From positions 1 through 43,674 of IMG/VR virus record IMGVR_UViG_3300042535_000001: a DNA stretch of 43,674 nucleotides; one strand, given 5' to 3'. The number at the start of each line of letters is the position of its first letter. Positions within the stretch are counted from its first letter, which is position 1. This document shows positions 26,017 through 33,865 of the stretch, piece after piece. The DNA comes from a virus. Lineage: Duplodnaviria; Caudoviricetes. Below the pieces are notes generated by a model. It was given only the letters and a program-made list of their open reading frames with translations. It was not told the DNA's origin and did not search any database. A program made the position numbers and the translations under genes.

Positions 26017-26018
26017 TT

Positions 26019-26525
26019 ACCGCCTGGATTGGCTGTAGCCCTAACATAACATCGTATAGAGCCATCCTTGCTTCGACACCGCGACAGCATGAAAATGTAT
26101 TCCTCATACTGAAAGTGTGTGAGTTCGTCAAATATAACCACTGGGTATTGATGCCCTTGATACTTCACTTTATCCTTTGCATGTTGCATTGAGCCGAATA
26201 TAACCTTTGCACCGCTTGGGAATGTCCACCATGCTTTAGAGTGATTGTATCTTGCTCTCGGGTAAATCTTTGGGTATAGTTCTAATGATCTATCAATCAG
26301 TTCTTGTAGCTGTGGGTATGTCTTTCTGAGGATTAGAGCCTTATACTTCTTCTTGTCAACTTGTCTCAGCACTTCCATCAGAATAGCGTCTGACTTTCCA
26401 CCACCTGCAGCCCCACCGTATAGAGCTTCGAACTCTGGTCGGCTCATGAATACTGCTTGCTTGGGTTGTGGCGACCATATGACGTTAAGTTCCTTTGGCA
26501 TTTCTAACACTGACACTTCACTCAT
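26019..26525 (-). CDS. terL: Terminase large subunit, exon 1 (ATPase domain)
   Basis: PQPKQ..F, Walker A YGGAAGGGKSD, Walker B VIFDELTHF, RATANPGG. The spliced product is 485 aa. Confidence 0.93.
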
Positions 26526-27193
26526 TCAATCACGCCCAGTTCTGCCTTTAACTTCTCAAGTTCTGCGGCCTTTTCTGCTTCATATGTTTCAACATCGACA
26601 GAAGGTAGAGCAACAACGCCTGTTTCCTCGTCATCATCGTCACCAAATCTAACTCTTAACTTATCGAGTTCGAGTCTCTGCTTCTCAAGCTCCAATCTCT
26701 CTCTTGCAATATCCATTTCAAGTCGTTGGCGTTCAATGTCCATTCGCGCTTTGTCTCTTAACAGTTGCTGCATTTCTAATTCATGTTGGTCTTTTAACCC
26801 ACCTTGACGCTTAATGAGTGCAAGAGCTGCTTTGCTTCGTTCAGCAACTGGTGTTTCTAAACCTAACTGATCTGTTACCTCGCCACGGACTACAGAGGAT
26901 AAAAATTCAAGTCCTTCTTTGACGCTTACAAGCCTAGATGCGTCAATTTGTTTGAGTCTTTCTTCAAGGTATGCTTTGACTACTACGTTTTCCACCATGA
27001 GGTAAGACTTTGATTGCGCGTACTTTTCGGCATATCCCGCAGTCAATGCGGATTGATACACATTTCCAGTTTTTAGGTATTCATCAGCAAAGACCTTCTG
27101 TTTTGGATTTATTCGGTTCAACTTCCTAGTTGTCGATTTCTTCTTGTCGTTCGGCTTCTTGGGCTTCTTTGATTTGCTCGATTGTTCCCCCAT
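26522..27193 (-). CDS. terS: Terminase small subunit
   Basis: INPKQKVFADEYLKTGNVYQSALTAGY HTH, L.FLSSVVRGE; overlaps the terL start. Confidence 0.9.
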   Translation of the reverse strand: MGEQSSKSKKPKKPNDKKKSTTRKLNRINPKQKVFADEYLKTGNVYQSALTAGYAEKYAQSKSYLMVENVVVKAYLEERLKQIDASRLVSVKEGLEFLSSVVRGEVTDQLGLETPVAERSKAALALIKRQGGLKDQHELEMQQLLRDKARMDIERQRLEMDIARERLELEKQRLELDKLRVRFGDDDDEETGVVALPSVDVETYEAEKAAELEKLKAELGVIE

Positions 27194-27425
27194 CTTTTAA
27201 CACCACCAATGCTTTGAGCAGATAAATACTGCTACCAAATTTAACTGTAGTTGGTACATTCTTCACCGTTCCTTTTCTGATTTGCTTGGACCATACTGTC
27301 AGCTCATGTTTTGAGTAAATCATTTGTTTTTGTTTTGACCAACGAGTCTTTTTAATGAGTGACGCGTCAATACCATTTTGATTGATCTTCATGAGCAGTA
27401 ACTTTATATTCTTTTCAACATTCAA
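27126..27425 (-). CDS. Hypothetical protein (about 99 aa) upstream of terS
   Basis: Probable TTG start at 27425 after GAGGAG. The longer tracked start at 27620 overlaps the upstream gene. Confidence 0.55.
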   Translation of the reverse strand: MNVEKNIKLLLMKINQNGIDASLIKKTRWSKQKQMIYSKHELTVWSKQIRKGTVKNVPTTVKFGSSIYLLKALVVLKDGGTIEQIKEAQEAERQEEIDN

Positions 27426-27963
27426 CGTTCTCACGCTCCTCAGTTTGCTCAGAGAGTTCTTCAAATGCTTCTTTGACCCATTTCTCAAGGTGAGGTTCAA
27501 TTTGCTCCTTAAAGATATTATAGAGCGAGAGCGAAAGTCTTTTTCCATTGTGGAAGTATAACGGATTGAAATAATACTGAATAGATGTTTTGTTCTCAGA
27601 CTCAATGGTGACTTTGGCAATGATGCCGTGAGTTATTAACTTTCTTATAAACTCTTTGCCGGCTCTGTCTCTTAATCCAGTTGATAAGACAATTTCATTA
27701 TATGTCATAGGTCTGTGACGCTTGTTAGTCCTCTTGACTAATAGATTTGTGGTCTGCTGAATGTTTGACTGCATACGATAGATTTTGCCAAGCTCAGAGT
27801 CAGTAAAGCTGTCTGGAATCTTTATGTCGCTGAAAATTCTTGAGTAGTTTTTACGATAGAACAGCAAATAACCATCATCGTTAAAGTAGCTGATTTTTTC
27901 TTTTTTTTCACTTAAAATTTCGCCTGTGTTTAATTCTATGATCTGCGAGTTTTTAACCCTCAT
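27415..27963 (-). CDS. RepL-like winged-helix DNA-binding protein
   Basis: IIELNTGEI N-terminus, central wHTH (MTYNEIVLSTGL.......FIRKLITHGII) and a YYFNPLYF motif; AAGGGGG RBS. Confidence 0.6.
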   Translation of the reverse strand: MRVKNSQIIELNTGEILSEKKEKISYFNDDGYLLFYRKNYSRIFSDIKIPDSFTDSELGKIYRMQSNIQQTTNLLVKRTNKRHRPMTYNEIVLSTGLRDRAGKEFIRKLITHGIIAKVTIESENKTSIQYYFNPLYFHNGKRLSLSLYNIFKEQIEPHLEKWVKEAFEELSEQTEERENVEC

Positions 27964-28132
27964 GTAAACCCCCTTTTGACTTGATGGTGTTGAGGTCTAT
28001 TTAAGTACCTAAATAGAGGTCAGCACTACCACTATCGCTGTAAGTGTTTGTATTGCTTTTGTAGAGCCTGTTTTTTGTGTGGCAATTTAACAGCATATTT
28101 GAAAGAAAAAATGTCGTTTGACTGCCACGCTT

Positions 28133-28164
28133 ATTTTACCTTATTTTGCAGACCTATTTTTCAC
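28133..28164 (-). promoter_or_regulatory. Late-promoter motif copy (packaging operon)
   Basis: GTGAAAAATA-N16-TAAAAT. Confidence 0.7.
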
Positions 28165-28191
28165 ACCTTCAAAATAATTTGCAACAAACGC

Positions 28192-28254
28192 TTTACATTA
28201 TGATTTATTTGTGTTACACTAAGTTCGAGCAACAACACAAATTAATAACACAAA
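28192..28254 (+). promoter_or_regulatory. Sigma-A promoter of the plus-strand cassette with inverted-repeat operators
   Basis: TTTACA-N17-TACACT (TG extended). TTTGTGTTA (28208-28216) is the inverse of TAACACAAA (28246-28254), with another AACACAAAT at 28234-28242. Confidence 0.7.
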
Positions 28255-28271
28255 AGAAAGGTGGTAACGAT

Positions 28272-28448
28272 ATGGCAACTCAAAAACAATATGATGAAGT
28301 TTTCAGAATGGCAGACGATTTAATTAAAGATTATCACTGGGACAAGTGGTGTGAACTGACAAGTAAATGCGTTGAATATGAAATTGATTACTATGACTTA
28401 GAAAACGGTTTCGGAATAGGAGATTACTGCTTCTATTATGAGGAATAA
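28272..28448 (+). CDS. Small acidic hypothetical protein (58 aa)
   Basis: MATQKQYDEV...; AAAGGTGG RBS before ATG 28272. Confidence 0.8.
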   Translation: MATQKQYDEVFRMADDLIKDYHWDKWCELTSKCVEYEIDYYDLENGFGIGDYCFYYEE

Positions 28449-28490
28449 CCCACTTCGGGAGAAATCCCGCAACTTAAAGGAGAGTGCAGC

Positions 28491-28814
28491 ATGAACGCAA
28501 AATTTATAGTTGAACAAGGCACGCCATCAGTAGATCAATCGGGTTTAGAAGAAAATCAACTCAGATACTACTTTGATTTTAGCGAGACCAACAGAGTATA
28601 TTACATTGTTAGTTGTGTTGATGAAAAAGATTTAAAAACACAATGTAAAATTGAATTTCAAAAAGAACTTGAGCAACTTAAAATGTTAAAAACAAATGGA
28701 GATACAGAAGCTGACCATTGTATTGCAGATGACATATTAATTAGCATTTTAACAAAACTAGGCTATACAGAAATTGTTAAAGCATATGAAGAAATCTACA
28801 AATGGTATGCGTAA
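28491..28814 (+). CDS. Small acidic hypothetical protein
   Basis: AAGGAG RBS; C-terminal DTEADHCIADDIL...LGY.EIV.AYEEI.KWYA segment. Confidence 0.8.
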   Translation: MNAKFIVEQGTPSVDQSGLEENQLRYYFDFSETNRVYYIVSCVDEKDLKTQCKIEFQKELEQLKMLKTNGDTEADHCIADDILISILTKLGYTEIVKAYEEIYKWYA

Positions 28815-28826
28815 AGGAGAATCCAA

Positions 28827-29030
28827 ATGCCAAATAGAAACGTAAAATTAGTATGTGCAATGGCTCGTAAAGGCATGAACGATGCAGACCTTGCAGAAGC
28901 AACAGGAATTTCAAGAATGACAGTTAACCGGTTAAAGAACAAAGCTACCCCTGGGCGCATGGACACATGGCTTAAAATAGCAAAAGCACTTGGCGTTGAA
29001 CTTAGTGAAATAGTTGAGATTGGAGAGTAA
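28827..29030 (+). CDS. Cro/C1-type (XRE) HTH regulator
   Basis: MARKGMNDADLAEATGISRMTVNRL......PGRMDTWLKIAKALGVELSEIV. Confidence 0.9.
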   Translation: MPNRNVKLVCAMARKGMNDADLAEATGISRMTVNRLKNKATPGRMDTWLKIAKALGVELSEIVEIGE

Positions 29031-29033
29031 ATC

Positions 29034-29246
29034 ATGGAAAATAACCCAAGAGTAATAAGACCAAGCTATACAACCTTACTGGTGGCTCTGAGTGAGCAGA
29101 AAGGTTCAGAGATTGACCCAAAGTATACCATTTTGAATAAAGCTGTTAGTGAAGTGTTTGAAAGTTGTTATGATGGTGCAAACTGGTTAGATCAAGCGGA
29201 TATGTCGTCTATAATGAAGGTGCAGAAGGAGTTGGGATTGATATGA
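29034..29246 (+). CDS. Hypothetical protein
   Basis: GGAG RBS; in the operon. Confidence 0.75.
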   Translation: MENNPRVIRPSYTTLLVALSEQKGSEIDPKYTILNKAVSEVFESCYDGANWLDQADMSSIMKVQKELGLI

Positions 29247-29344
29247 GTATAAAAGTAGTTAAGGAGTTCTTGGAATACTGTAAAGTTAACAACGTTGAAT
29301 TTAGTTTCATCAATCTGTTTCTTTGGAAACATGAAAATAAGTAA
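29243..29344 (+). CDS. Possible 33-aa protein
   Basis: MSIKVVKEFLEYCKVNNVEFSFINLFLWKHENK; ATGA overlap with the previous stop; ends at the terminator. Confidence 0.55.
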   Translation: MSIKVVKEFLEYCKVNNVEFSFINLFLWKHENK

Positions 29345-29345
29345 T

Positions 29346-29376
29346 AAAAAAAGGACCCACTCGGAAGGGTCCTTTC
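29346..29376. terminator. Bidirectional terminator
   Basis: A-run, GGACCC-actcggaa-GGGTCC, then TTTCTCTTT. Confidence 0.8.
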
Positions 29377-29432
29377 TCTTTGACTCTTTGTTGCCTAACG
29401 ACAATCAAGAATCGGGATAAGTTAAATATAGC

Positions 29433-29513
29433 AATAAAAAAGACCCCTGTAAAGAGGTCTTTTTCTATGTTGAAAAATTAGGAGAGTGGAATGCAAAATC
29501 AAACACTTGGCTT
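29433..29513 (-). ncRNA. Candidate sRNA of about 80 nt carrying an anti-Shine-Dalgarno segment
   Basis: Promoter TTGACA-N17-TAATGT (29548-29520), body contains CAUUCCACUCUCCU, terminator AGACCTC-TTTACA-GGGGTCT-TTTTT. Confidence 0.45.
29436..29465. terminator. Bidirectional terminator ending the early operon
   Basis: AAAAAAGACCCC-TGTAAA-GAGGTCTTTTT. Confidence 0.8.
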
Positions 29514-29522
29514 AATTAAACA

Positions 29523-29789
29523 TTAAACACTTTTTATAATGCTGTCAAGCAAATGTTCAGATATGCCGTACTTCTTGCAGAGTTTTCGCTTGTCTGTAAA
29601 TCTAGGGTGAGTGGCTCTAGTGACAATTGCGTTGAGTTCTTCGTTTGTGAGTGTATGTATCGTCTTTAGTGCCACTCTTGGCTTAGTCTTACACTCAAGC
29701 ATTGCAAAGGCTTGTTCGGGAGTAATTTCTTCATACCACACAACAGCAATGTAAAAAGCAAGGTAGTTATCTTCTAGCGAGTCTTTCAA
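29523..29789 (-). CDS. HTH protein at the end of the early operon (candidate late activator)
   Basis: C-terminal HTH-like DKRKLCKKYGISEHLLDSII; occupies the usual RinA/ArpU position. Confidence 0.55.
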   Translation of the reverse strand: MKDSLEDNYLAFYIAVVWYEEITPEQAFAMLECKTKPRVALKTIHTLTNEELNAIVTRATHPRFTDKRKLCKKYGISEHLLDSIIKSV

Positions 29790-29807
29790 GAAAGATCACC
29801 GCCGTTT

Positions 29808-30233
29808 CTATTCTTCTGAGACTTCTTCTTCTGAAATTGACTCTCTATTCTTCAAACTGATTTCAAGGCCAGACATTTCTTCAACGTCATTGAAGTCAAC
29901 AAAGCATTTTTGATTCAAGTCAAACATGGCTTCTCTGCTGAGATAAACAACCTCTTGTTCGGTCTGCTGAGTGATGATGAATGTAAGCCCACCAATGATA
30001 TTGAGAGCAAACTCTTTAGCTTTGAAAAGAGTTTCATTGTCTTTTGCTGCCATATCAAGCCATTCCTCTTGAGCCTTTACTTGATTGTCACGCTTGTTTA
30101 ACTCTCTAATGAGTTCTTCTTTTTTCATTGATCCGTAAGCGTTGAATGGCACGACTTTGTTTTCCATTTGAGTTCCCCCTTGATTGTTGAAGCTGCGGCG
30201 TGATAGTTCTGATTTTAGTTTTTGGCTTTTCAT
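29808..30233 (-). CDS. Hypothetical coiled-coil protein
   Basis: ORF with GAGGTG RBS at 30233 and a second in-frame AAGGGGG RBS/ATG at 30167. Confidence 0.7.
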   Translation of the reverse strand: MKSQKLKSELSRRSFNNQGGTQMENKVVPFNAYGSMKKEELIRELNKRDNQVKAQEEWLDMAAKDNETLFKAKEFALNIIGGLTFIITQQTEQEVVYLSREAMFDLNQKCFVDFNDVEEMSGLEISLKNRESISEEEVSEE

Positions 30234-30243
30234 AGTTCACCTC

Positions 30244-30678
30244 TTAAAATGGAATGTCTTCATCGTCTTTGATTGCCTGGAAATCATCAGTATTGTACCC
30301 AAAATTAAAATCGTCGCCACCTTCTGATTTAGGCTTATCATTTGATCCACCGATGAACTCAACGTGGCTCGCTACGACATCTGTTGAATATCTTGTCTCG
30401 CCAGTATTCGTTTTGTAAGTTGAAGTCTGCAGTGTACCTTCTAATGCCACTTGTTTTCCTTTGGATAGGTAGTTTGCGCATAACTCTGCAAGTTTTCCCC
30501 AAACAATAATTCTAGGAAAATCAGCTGTAGCCTGTACTTTTGCTTGCAATTCTGCTTTCTTTTCTTTTGATAATGGTCTGTCTATTGCTAAAGTAAAGTT
30601 ACACACAGCTTGACCAGATGGTATAAATCTAAGTTCTGGATCGCGGACTAAACGACCTAATAAAATAACTTTGTTCAT
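30244..30678 (-). CDS. ssb: Single-stranded DNA-binding protein
   Basis: MNKVILLGRLVRDPELRF...acidic tail DEDIPF; start 30678. Confidence 0.95.
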   Translation of the reverse strand: MNKVILLGRLVRDPELRFIPSGQAVCNFTLAIDRPLSKEKKAELQAKVQATADFPRIIVWGKLAELCANYLSKGKQVALEGTLQTSTYKTNTGETRYSTDVVASHVEFIGGSNDKPKSEGGDDFNFGYNTDDFQAIKDDEDIPF

Positions 30679-30679
30679 A

Positions 30680-30937
30680 TTACTCTTCCTCGCTTTCAAT
30701 TTTATTAATTGCCATAATAACGGTACCATCTGCGCAATAAACTTTACTGTCTAAAATGTAAGTTACAACAACTTTCAACTCTCTACCAGTATAGAAATGC
30801 CCGCTTATTGTCCATTCTTTTAATACAAGGATATCTCCAACTTTGTAATCTCTATCATTATCTCTTACTTCAAATGTTTTTAACCCAATTAAAACATTTT
30901 CAAAATATTGAGGGAGTGTTTTCAATTCGTGCATCAT
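30680..30937 (-). CDS. ASCH/PUA-like (DUF3850) protein
   Basis: HELKTLPQYFENVLIGLKTFEVRDNDRDYKVGDILVLKEW. Confidence 0.85.
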   Translation of the reverse strand: MMHELKTLPQYFENVLIGLKTFEVRDNDRDYKVGDILVLKEWTISGHFYTGRELKVVVTYILDSKVYCADGTVIMAINKIESEEE

Positions 30938-30938
30938 A

Positions 30939-31211
30939 TTACTTAACCTCACTTTCATAATAACCCGACTCAATGCGTGCAAGTGTGCGTTCTGCCATCA
31001 TTTTTGTTCTTCTTACAAGAAAATCAGTTTTAATTTTGTATTTGCATTCAACTTGAAGTGGTATCATCATGCAATCCACAAGCTCGTTCTCAATTTGTTC
31101 TATATCTCCACTTTCAATAGCATCAAACAACTCGTCTATTTCTTCGTGCGCTTTTTTTCTTTGGTTTTCTGCGCCAAAATGGTCATAAATTTTAATCAAT
31201 TCGTTTTTCAT
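30939..31211 (-). CDS. MazG-like nucleotide pyrophosphohydrolase
   Basis: FGAENQRKKAHEEIDEL..AI......IENELVD acidic motif. Confidence 0.7.
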   Translation of the reverse strand: MKNELIKIYDHFGAENQRKKAHEEIDELFDAIESGDIEQIENELVDCMMIPLQVECKYKIKTDFLVRRTKMMAERTLARIESGYYESEVK

Positions 31212-31675
31212 TTGTACCCCCCTAAATCAATATAAGTTACTCCGACTGCGTATGCCGCCCATACATCTTTTGCAAACCCATAAAACCAACCTTTATTTGA
31301 TTTAGTTCCGACTACTCCAAATCTATCAATCAAAGCCTGTCTTATGTTACCGTCTTTAGCCTTCATAGATTGGCACAGGTTAACTTTTACGTCCTTCCTA
31401 TACATTCTATCCACCGTTACATTTTCTAACCGTGAAGCGGTTTCTGTAAAGCGTCCTACCCACACACAAGTATCAAATACTGTAGCGCCTACCGCCATGC
31501 CATAAGATGCTATCATTTCAATAACAACGTATTTAAATTTGTGTATTGAGTGCATACTTGTTATAAGGCTGTTTAATTCTTCGTTTTTAATCTTTCCAAA
31601 CCTTATTATACTACAATCATTAGACATAAGCACATAAGCAGAATCTATGTTGCCAGGATCAATTGCAAGAATCAT
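31208..31675 (-). CDS. RuvC-like Holliday junction resolvase
   Basis: ILAIDPG, VVIEM, D.WAAYAV RNase H-fold acidic motifs. Confidence 0.8.
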   Translation of the reverse strand: MILAIDPGNIDSAYVLMSNDCSIIRFGKIKNEELNSLITSMHSIHKFKYVVIEMIASYGMAVGATVFDTCVWVGRFTETASRLENVTVDRMYRKDVKVNLCQSMKAKDGNIRQALIDRFGVVGTKSNKGWFYGFAKDVWAAYAVGVTYIDLGGYK

Positions 31676-31687
31676 TCTCCACCACCT

Positions 31688-32206
31688 TTACAATCTATAA
31701 GGACAAACGCCGTCATAAGCGTCCATGACCTTCTGATATGACTTGCCGTATTCGTTCCAACCAATAATCTTTTTGCTTGGGTGAACAATTAGATCAACTG
31801 CATTAGGTACAAGAGCTTTTATGAAAATTTTGCTTATGGAACACTCAGCAGCATCAACGCCAGTTTTTTTACAATCTCTGCAATGAGATTCAATGATAGG
31901 ACCTGCTAAATCATGGACATCGCCTGCATCTAGCACAATGTCATGAAGTTGAGTAGCTTGGACATTTCTTTTGACTTCTATCCTGCCACCGGTAAACTCA
32001 TTGACTATTTTTTGAGCTTCGCCGTTTCCGACTCTTAAAAACAGTGCTTTGGCGTACTTTTCCCACCACTCATGAGTTTTTTGTAGGCACTTTCGTTCTT
32101 CTTTGGATATGTTGCCGTTGAGTAACTTCATGTATGCTTCGTCTGCTATGAAACCGATTGATACATGGCTGCGCTCGTCTTTGTTGAGATAGTTTTTGAC
32201 GCTCAT
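31688..32206 (-). CDS. Conserved phage protein with a Cys cluster (DUF5651-like)
   Basis: KNYLNKDER N-terminus; CRDC...C...CPYRL. Confidence 0.6.
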   Translation of the reverse strand: MSVKNYLNKDERSHVSIGFIADEAYMKLLNGNISKEERKCLQKTHEWWEKYAKALFLRVGNGEAQKIVNEFTGGRIEVKRNVQATQLHDIVLDAGDVHDLAGPIIESHCRDCKKTGVDAAECSISKIFIKALVPNAVDLIVHPSKKIIGWNEYGKSYQKVMDAYDGVCPYRL

Positions 32207-32207
32207 G

Positions 32208-32663
32208 CTATTTACCGCCTAACAGTTCGGGGTTGTCGTGAACGTTTCCGATGACTTGAGAATGTTCTAAATTAATGTCTACAAAATCTGCATATCTTTC
32301 GTCAGCATCACCTTTGCATTTTAATTCAAAAGCATTCAAATCCCAAAAAACTTTTCCGGTTGCGTCTGGTTTCCCTTCCCAATCTATTCTTTCACAATAT
32401 GCAGGCGATAATTTAACATCAAGTACATCACCATCATAAATCTCAACACCGTTCTGGTCTTTTAATCCTGTATATTGACCAACTGTTAAAGGATCCACTT
32501 GAACATCATAAAAATAACTTAAATCAGTAATAGCGTTATAATTAGGAACAATAATAAATGAATCGTTTTCACCAAAAAATTTATTTATTTTTTCGCCGTA
32601 ATACCCATAAATCCACCCACCATTATAAATCTGCTTACCTCTAAACTTAATTTCCCTATTCAT
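32208..32663 (-). CDS. YopX family protein
   Basis: REIKFRGK...GQYTGLKDQNGVEIYDGD...VIGNVHDNPELL. Confidence 0.92.
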   Translation of the reverse strand: MNREIKFRGKQIYNGGWIYGYYGEKINKFFGENDSFIIVPNYNAITDLSYFYDVQVDPLTVGQYTGLKDQNGVEIYDGDVLDVKLSPAYCERIDWEGKPDATGKVFWDLNAFELKCKGDADERYADFVDINLEHSQVIGNVHDNPELLGGK

Positions 32664-32902
32664 TTTTGCCCTCTTTCTTTCAACTCCAAGTGCATAAATT
32701 CAGCAACATCCTTAAACCCACCCTGTAAATTGATCCTGTTGTTTATAGCCCCACCACCAATCTCGACCAACCCTATTTTAATTGGTTGCATATCTCTCAA
32801 CTGTGTCTGTGTCGGCATCTTTTCAGTGCCTATCTGCTTCATTGCTTCTCTGACTGCTTTGTATAGAAGGTCGTCGCTCCAAGTGATGTATTGCTTTTTC
32901 AT
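32660..32902 (-). CDS. Hypothetical protein (possible DNA-binding)
   Basis: W....L...........MPT...L......GG...VAE.M.L pattern; AGGGGG RBS. Confidence 0.65.
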   Translation of the reverse strand: MKKQYITWSDDLLYKAVREAMKQIGTEKMPTQTQLRDMQPIKIGLVEIGGGAINNRINLQGGFKDVAEFMHLELKERGQK

Positions 32903-32911
32903 ACTAACCCC

Positions 32912-33064
32912 CTAAAAATTAACATTCACAACTTCAAGTTGACTATTTGCATACATCTGCGGAATCCACGCTGATAGCATAGGCATTGCACCTAGTAAAA
33001 ATACAACTAAGCATATTAATACCATTTGCTTTACATCGTCCATGTTGTCCCATGATTTAATCAT
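32912..33064 (-). CDS. Small membrane protein (50 aa, not in the ORF track)
   Basis: MIKSWDNMDDVKQMVLICLVVFLLGAMPMLSAWIPQMYANSQLEVVNVNF; TAATG overlap with the upstream stop. Confidence 0.6.
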   Translation of the reverse strand: MIKSWDNMDDVKQMVLICLVVFLLGAMPMLSAWIPQMYANSQLEVVNVNF

Positions 33065-33339
33065 TACTTACCGCCTTTCTGTTCTCTGTACCAGTCAATA
33101 AAATCTTTTGGTGTTATTTCAATTTCATTTCCCATGTAATCATAGAAATAAAGTTTGTCTGGTTTTCTTTCGCAGAATTTGTTAACTGCCAACCCCAACT
33201 CTAAATCTTTTAAATCACCTTCATACTCTGTATAGCCTTTACCCTTGCAATTATCACAACATTTCACTACTGTTTCTAATTTGTAGTCATATTCTTTACC
33301 ACCTGTTCCGTGGCATTTTCTGCAAAATATTTCTATCAT
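33064..33339 (-). CDS. Protein with a DnaJ-type CxxCxGxG zinc finger
   Basis: CRKCHGTG...CDNCKGKG. Confidence 0.7.
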   Translation of the reverse strand: MIEIFCRKCHGTGGKEYDYKLETVVKCCDNCKGKGYTEYEGDLKDLELGLAVNKFCERKPDKLYFYDYMGNEIEITPKDFIDWYREQKGGK

Positions 33340-33536
33340 TTAGTACCTTCCTTTTCATCAATATCTTTTTTATTTCGATACTCTGATTGCTCTATGAATG
33401 CAAGAGTAAAATTATTTATTGCATTTGCAATTTCAAGCATTCCGTATGATTCCATTGGTATGCTTCTTTTGTCAATTTGTCCGCTAATTCTTCTGCGATT
33501 ATCTGATATGCTGTTTTTAACGTATTCAAACATCAC
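33336..33536 (-). CDS. Hypothetical protein
   Basis: Translationally coupled ORF in the operon. Confidence 0.6.
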   Translation of the reverse strand: MMFEYVKNSISDNRRRISGQIDKRSIPMESYGMLEIANAINNFTLAFIEQSEYRNKKDIDEKEGTK

Positions 33537-33865
33537 TTATTTTCTCCTTCCACCCATTCTAAAGCCTTTGTGAGTGCTTCGAGTTTTGATTTCCCCATAA
33601 ACCTATTAGGTATTACCCTATCGTCTATTGTTAATAAATATTCTCCGCCAAACTCCATTTTTTCGTTATCGTTTATGTGCCAGTATACTCTATTGCAACC
33701 ACTCAATAACTTGCGTTCTATTCTGTCGCACTCAATGGCGTCTTGTACTTCTTTGGTGTCGTATGCTGTAGCTTTTGTTTGCAATTTCTTAAATTCGTCT
33801 ATCGTCATAGTTACTTGGTTTTTAACCAAATTAAATTCGATCAAATTTACATCTATTTTTTTCAT
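33533..33865 (-). CDS. Hypothetical protein
   Basis: Coupled ORF with an AGGAG RBS. Confidence 0.7.
   Translation of the reverse strand: MKKIDVNLIEFNLVKNQVTMTIDEFKKLQTKATAYDTKEVQDAIECDRIERKLLSGCNRVYWHINDNEKMEFGGEYLLTIDDRVIPNRFMGKSKLEALTKALEWVEGENK

Larger units (their letters stand above)
25110..26018 (-). ncRNA. Group I self-splicing intron (909 nt) in terL
   Basis: Exon 1 ends in U (...NPGG, GGT) and the intron ends in G (..AAGACTG). Splicing restores ATANPGG|VGHGWVK. Pairings seen: P1 CGGU/GCCG with U.G, P10 GACUUA/UAGGUC, P3 UCCCGA/UCGGGA, P7 GCAUA/UAUGC, and P9 hairpins CUGCAUG..CAUGCAG and GCAAGG..CCUUGC. Confidence 0.9.

Noticed and set aside
25890-26018. C-terminal 42 aa of the tracked 211-aa terminase ORF, or a terL pseudogene/frameshift
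   Set aside because: This is read-through into the intron; splicing restores a full 485-aa TerL.
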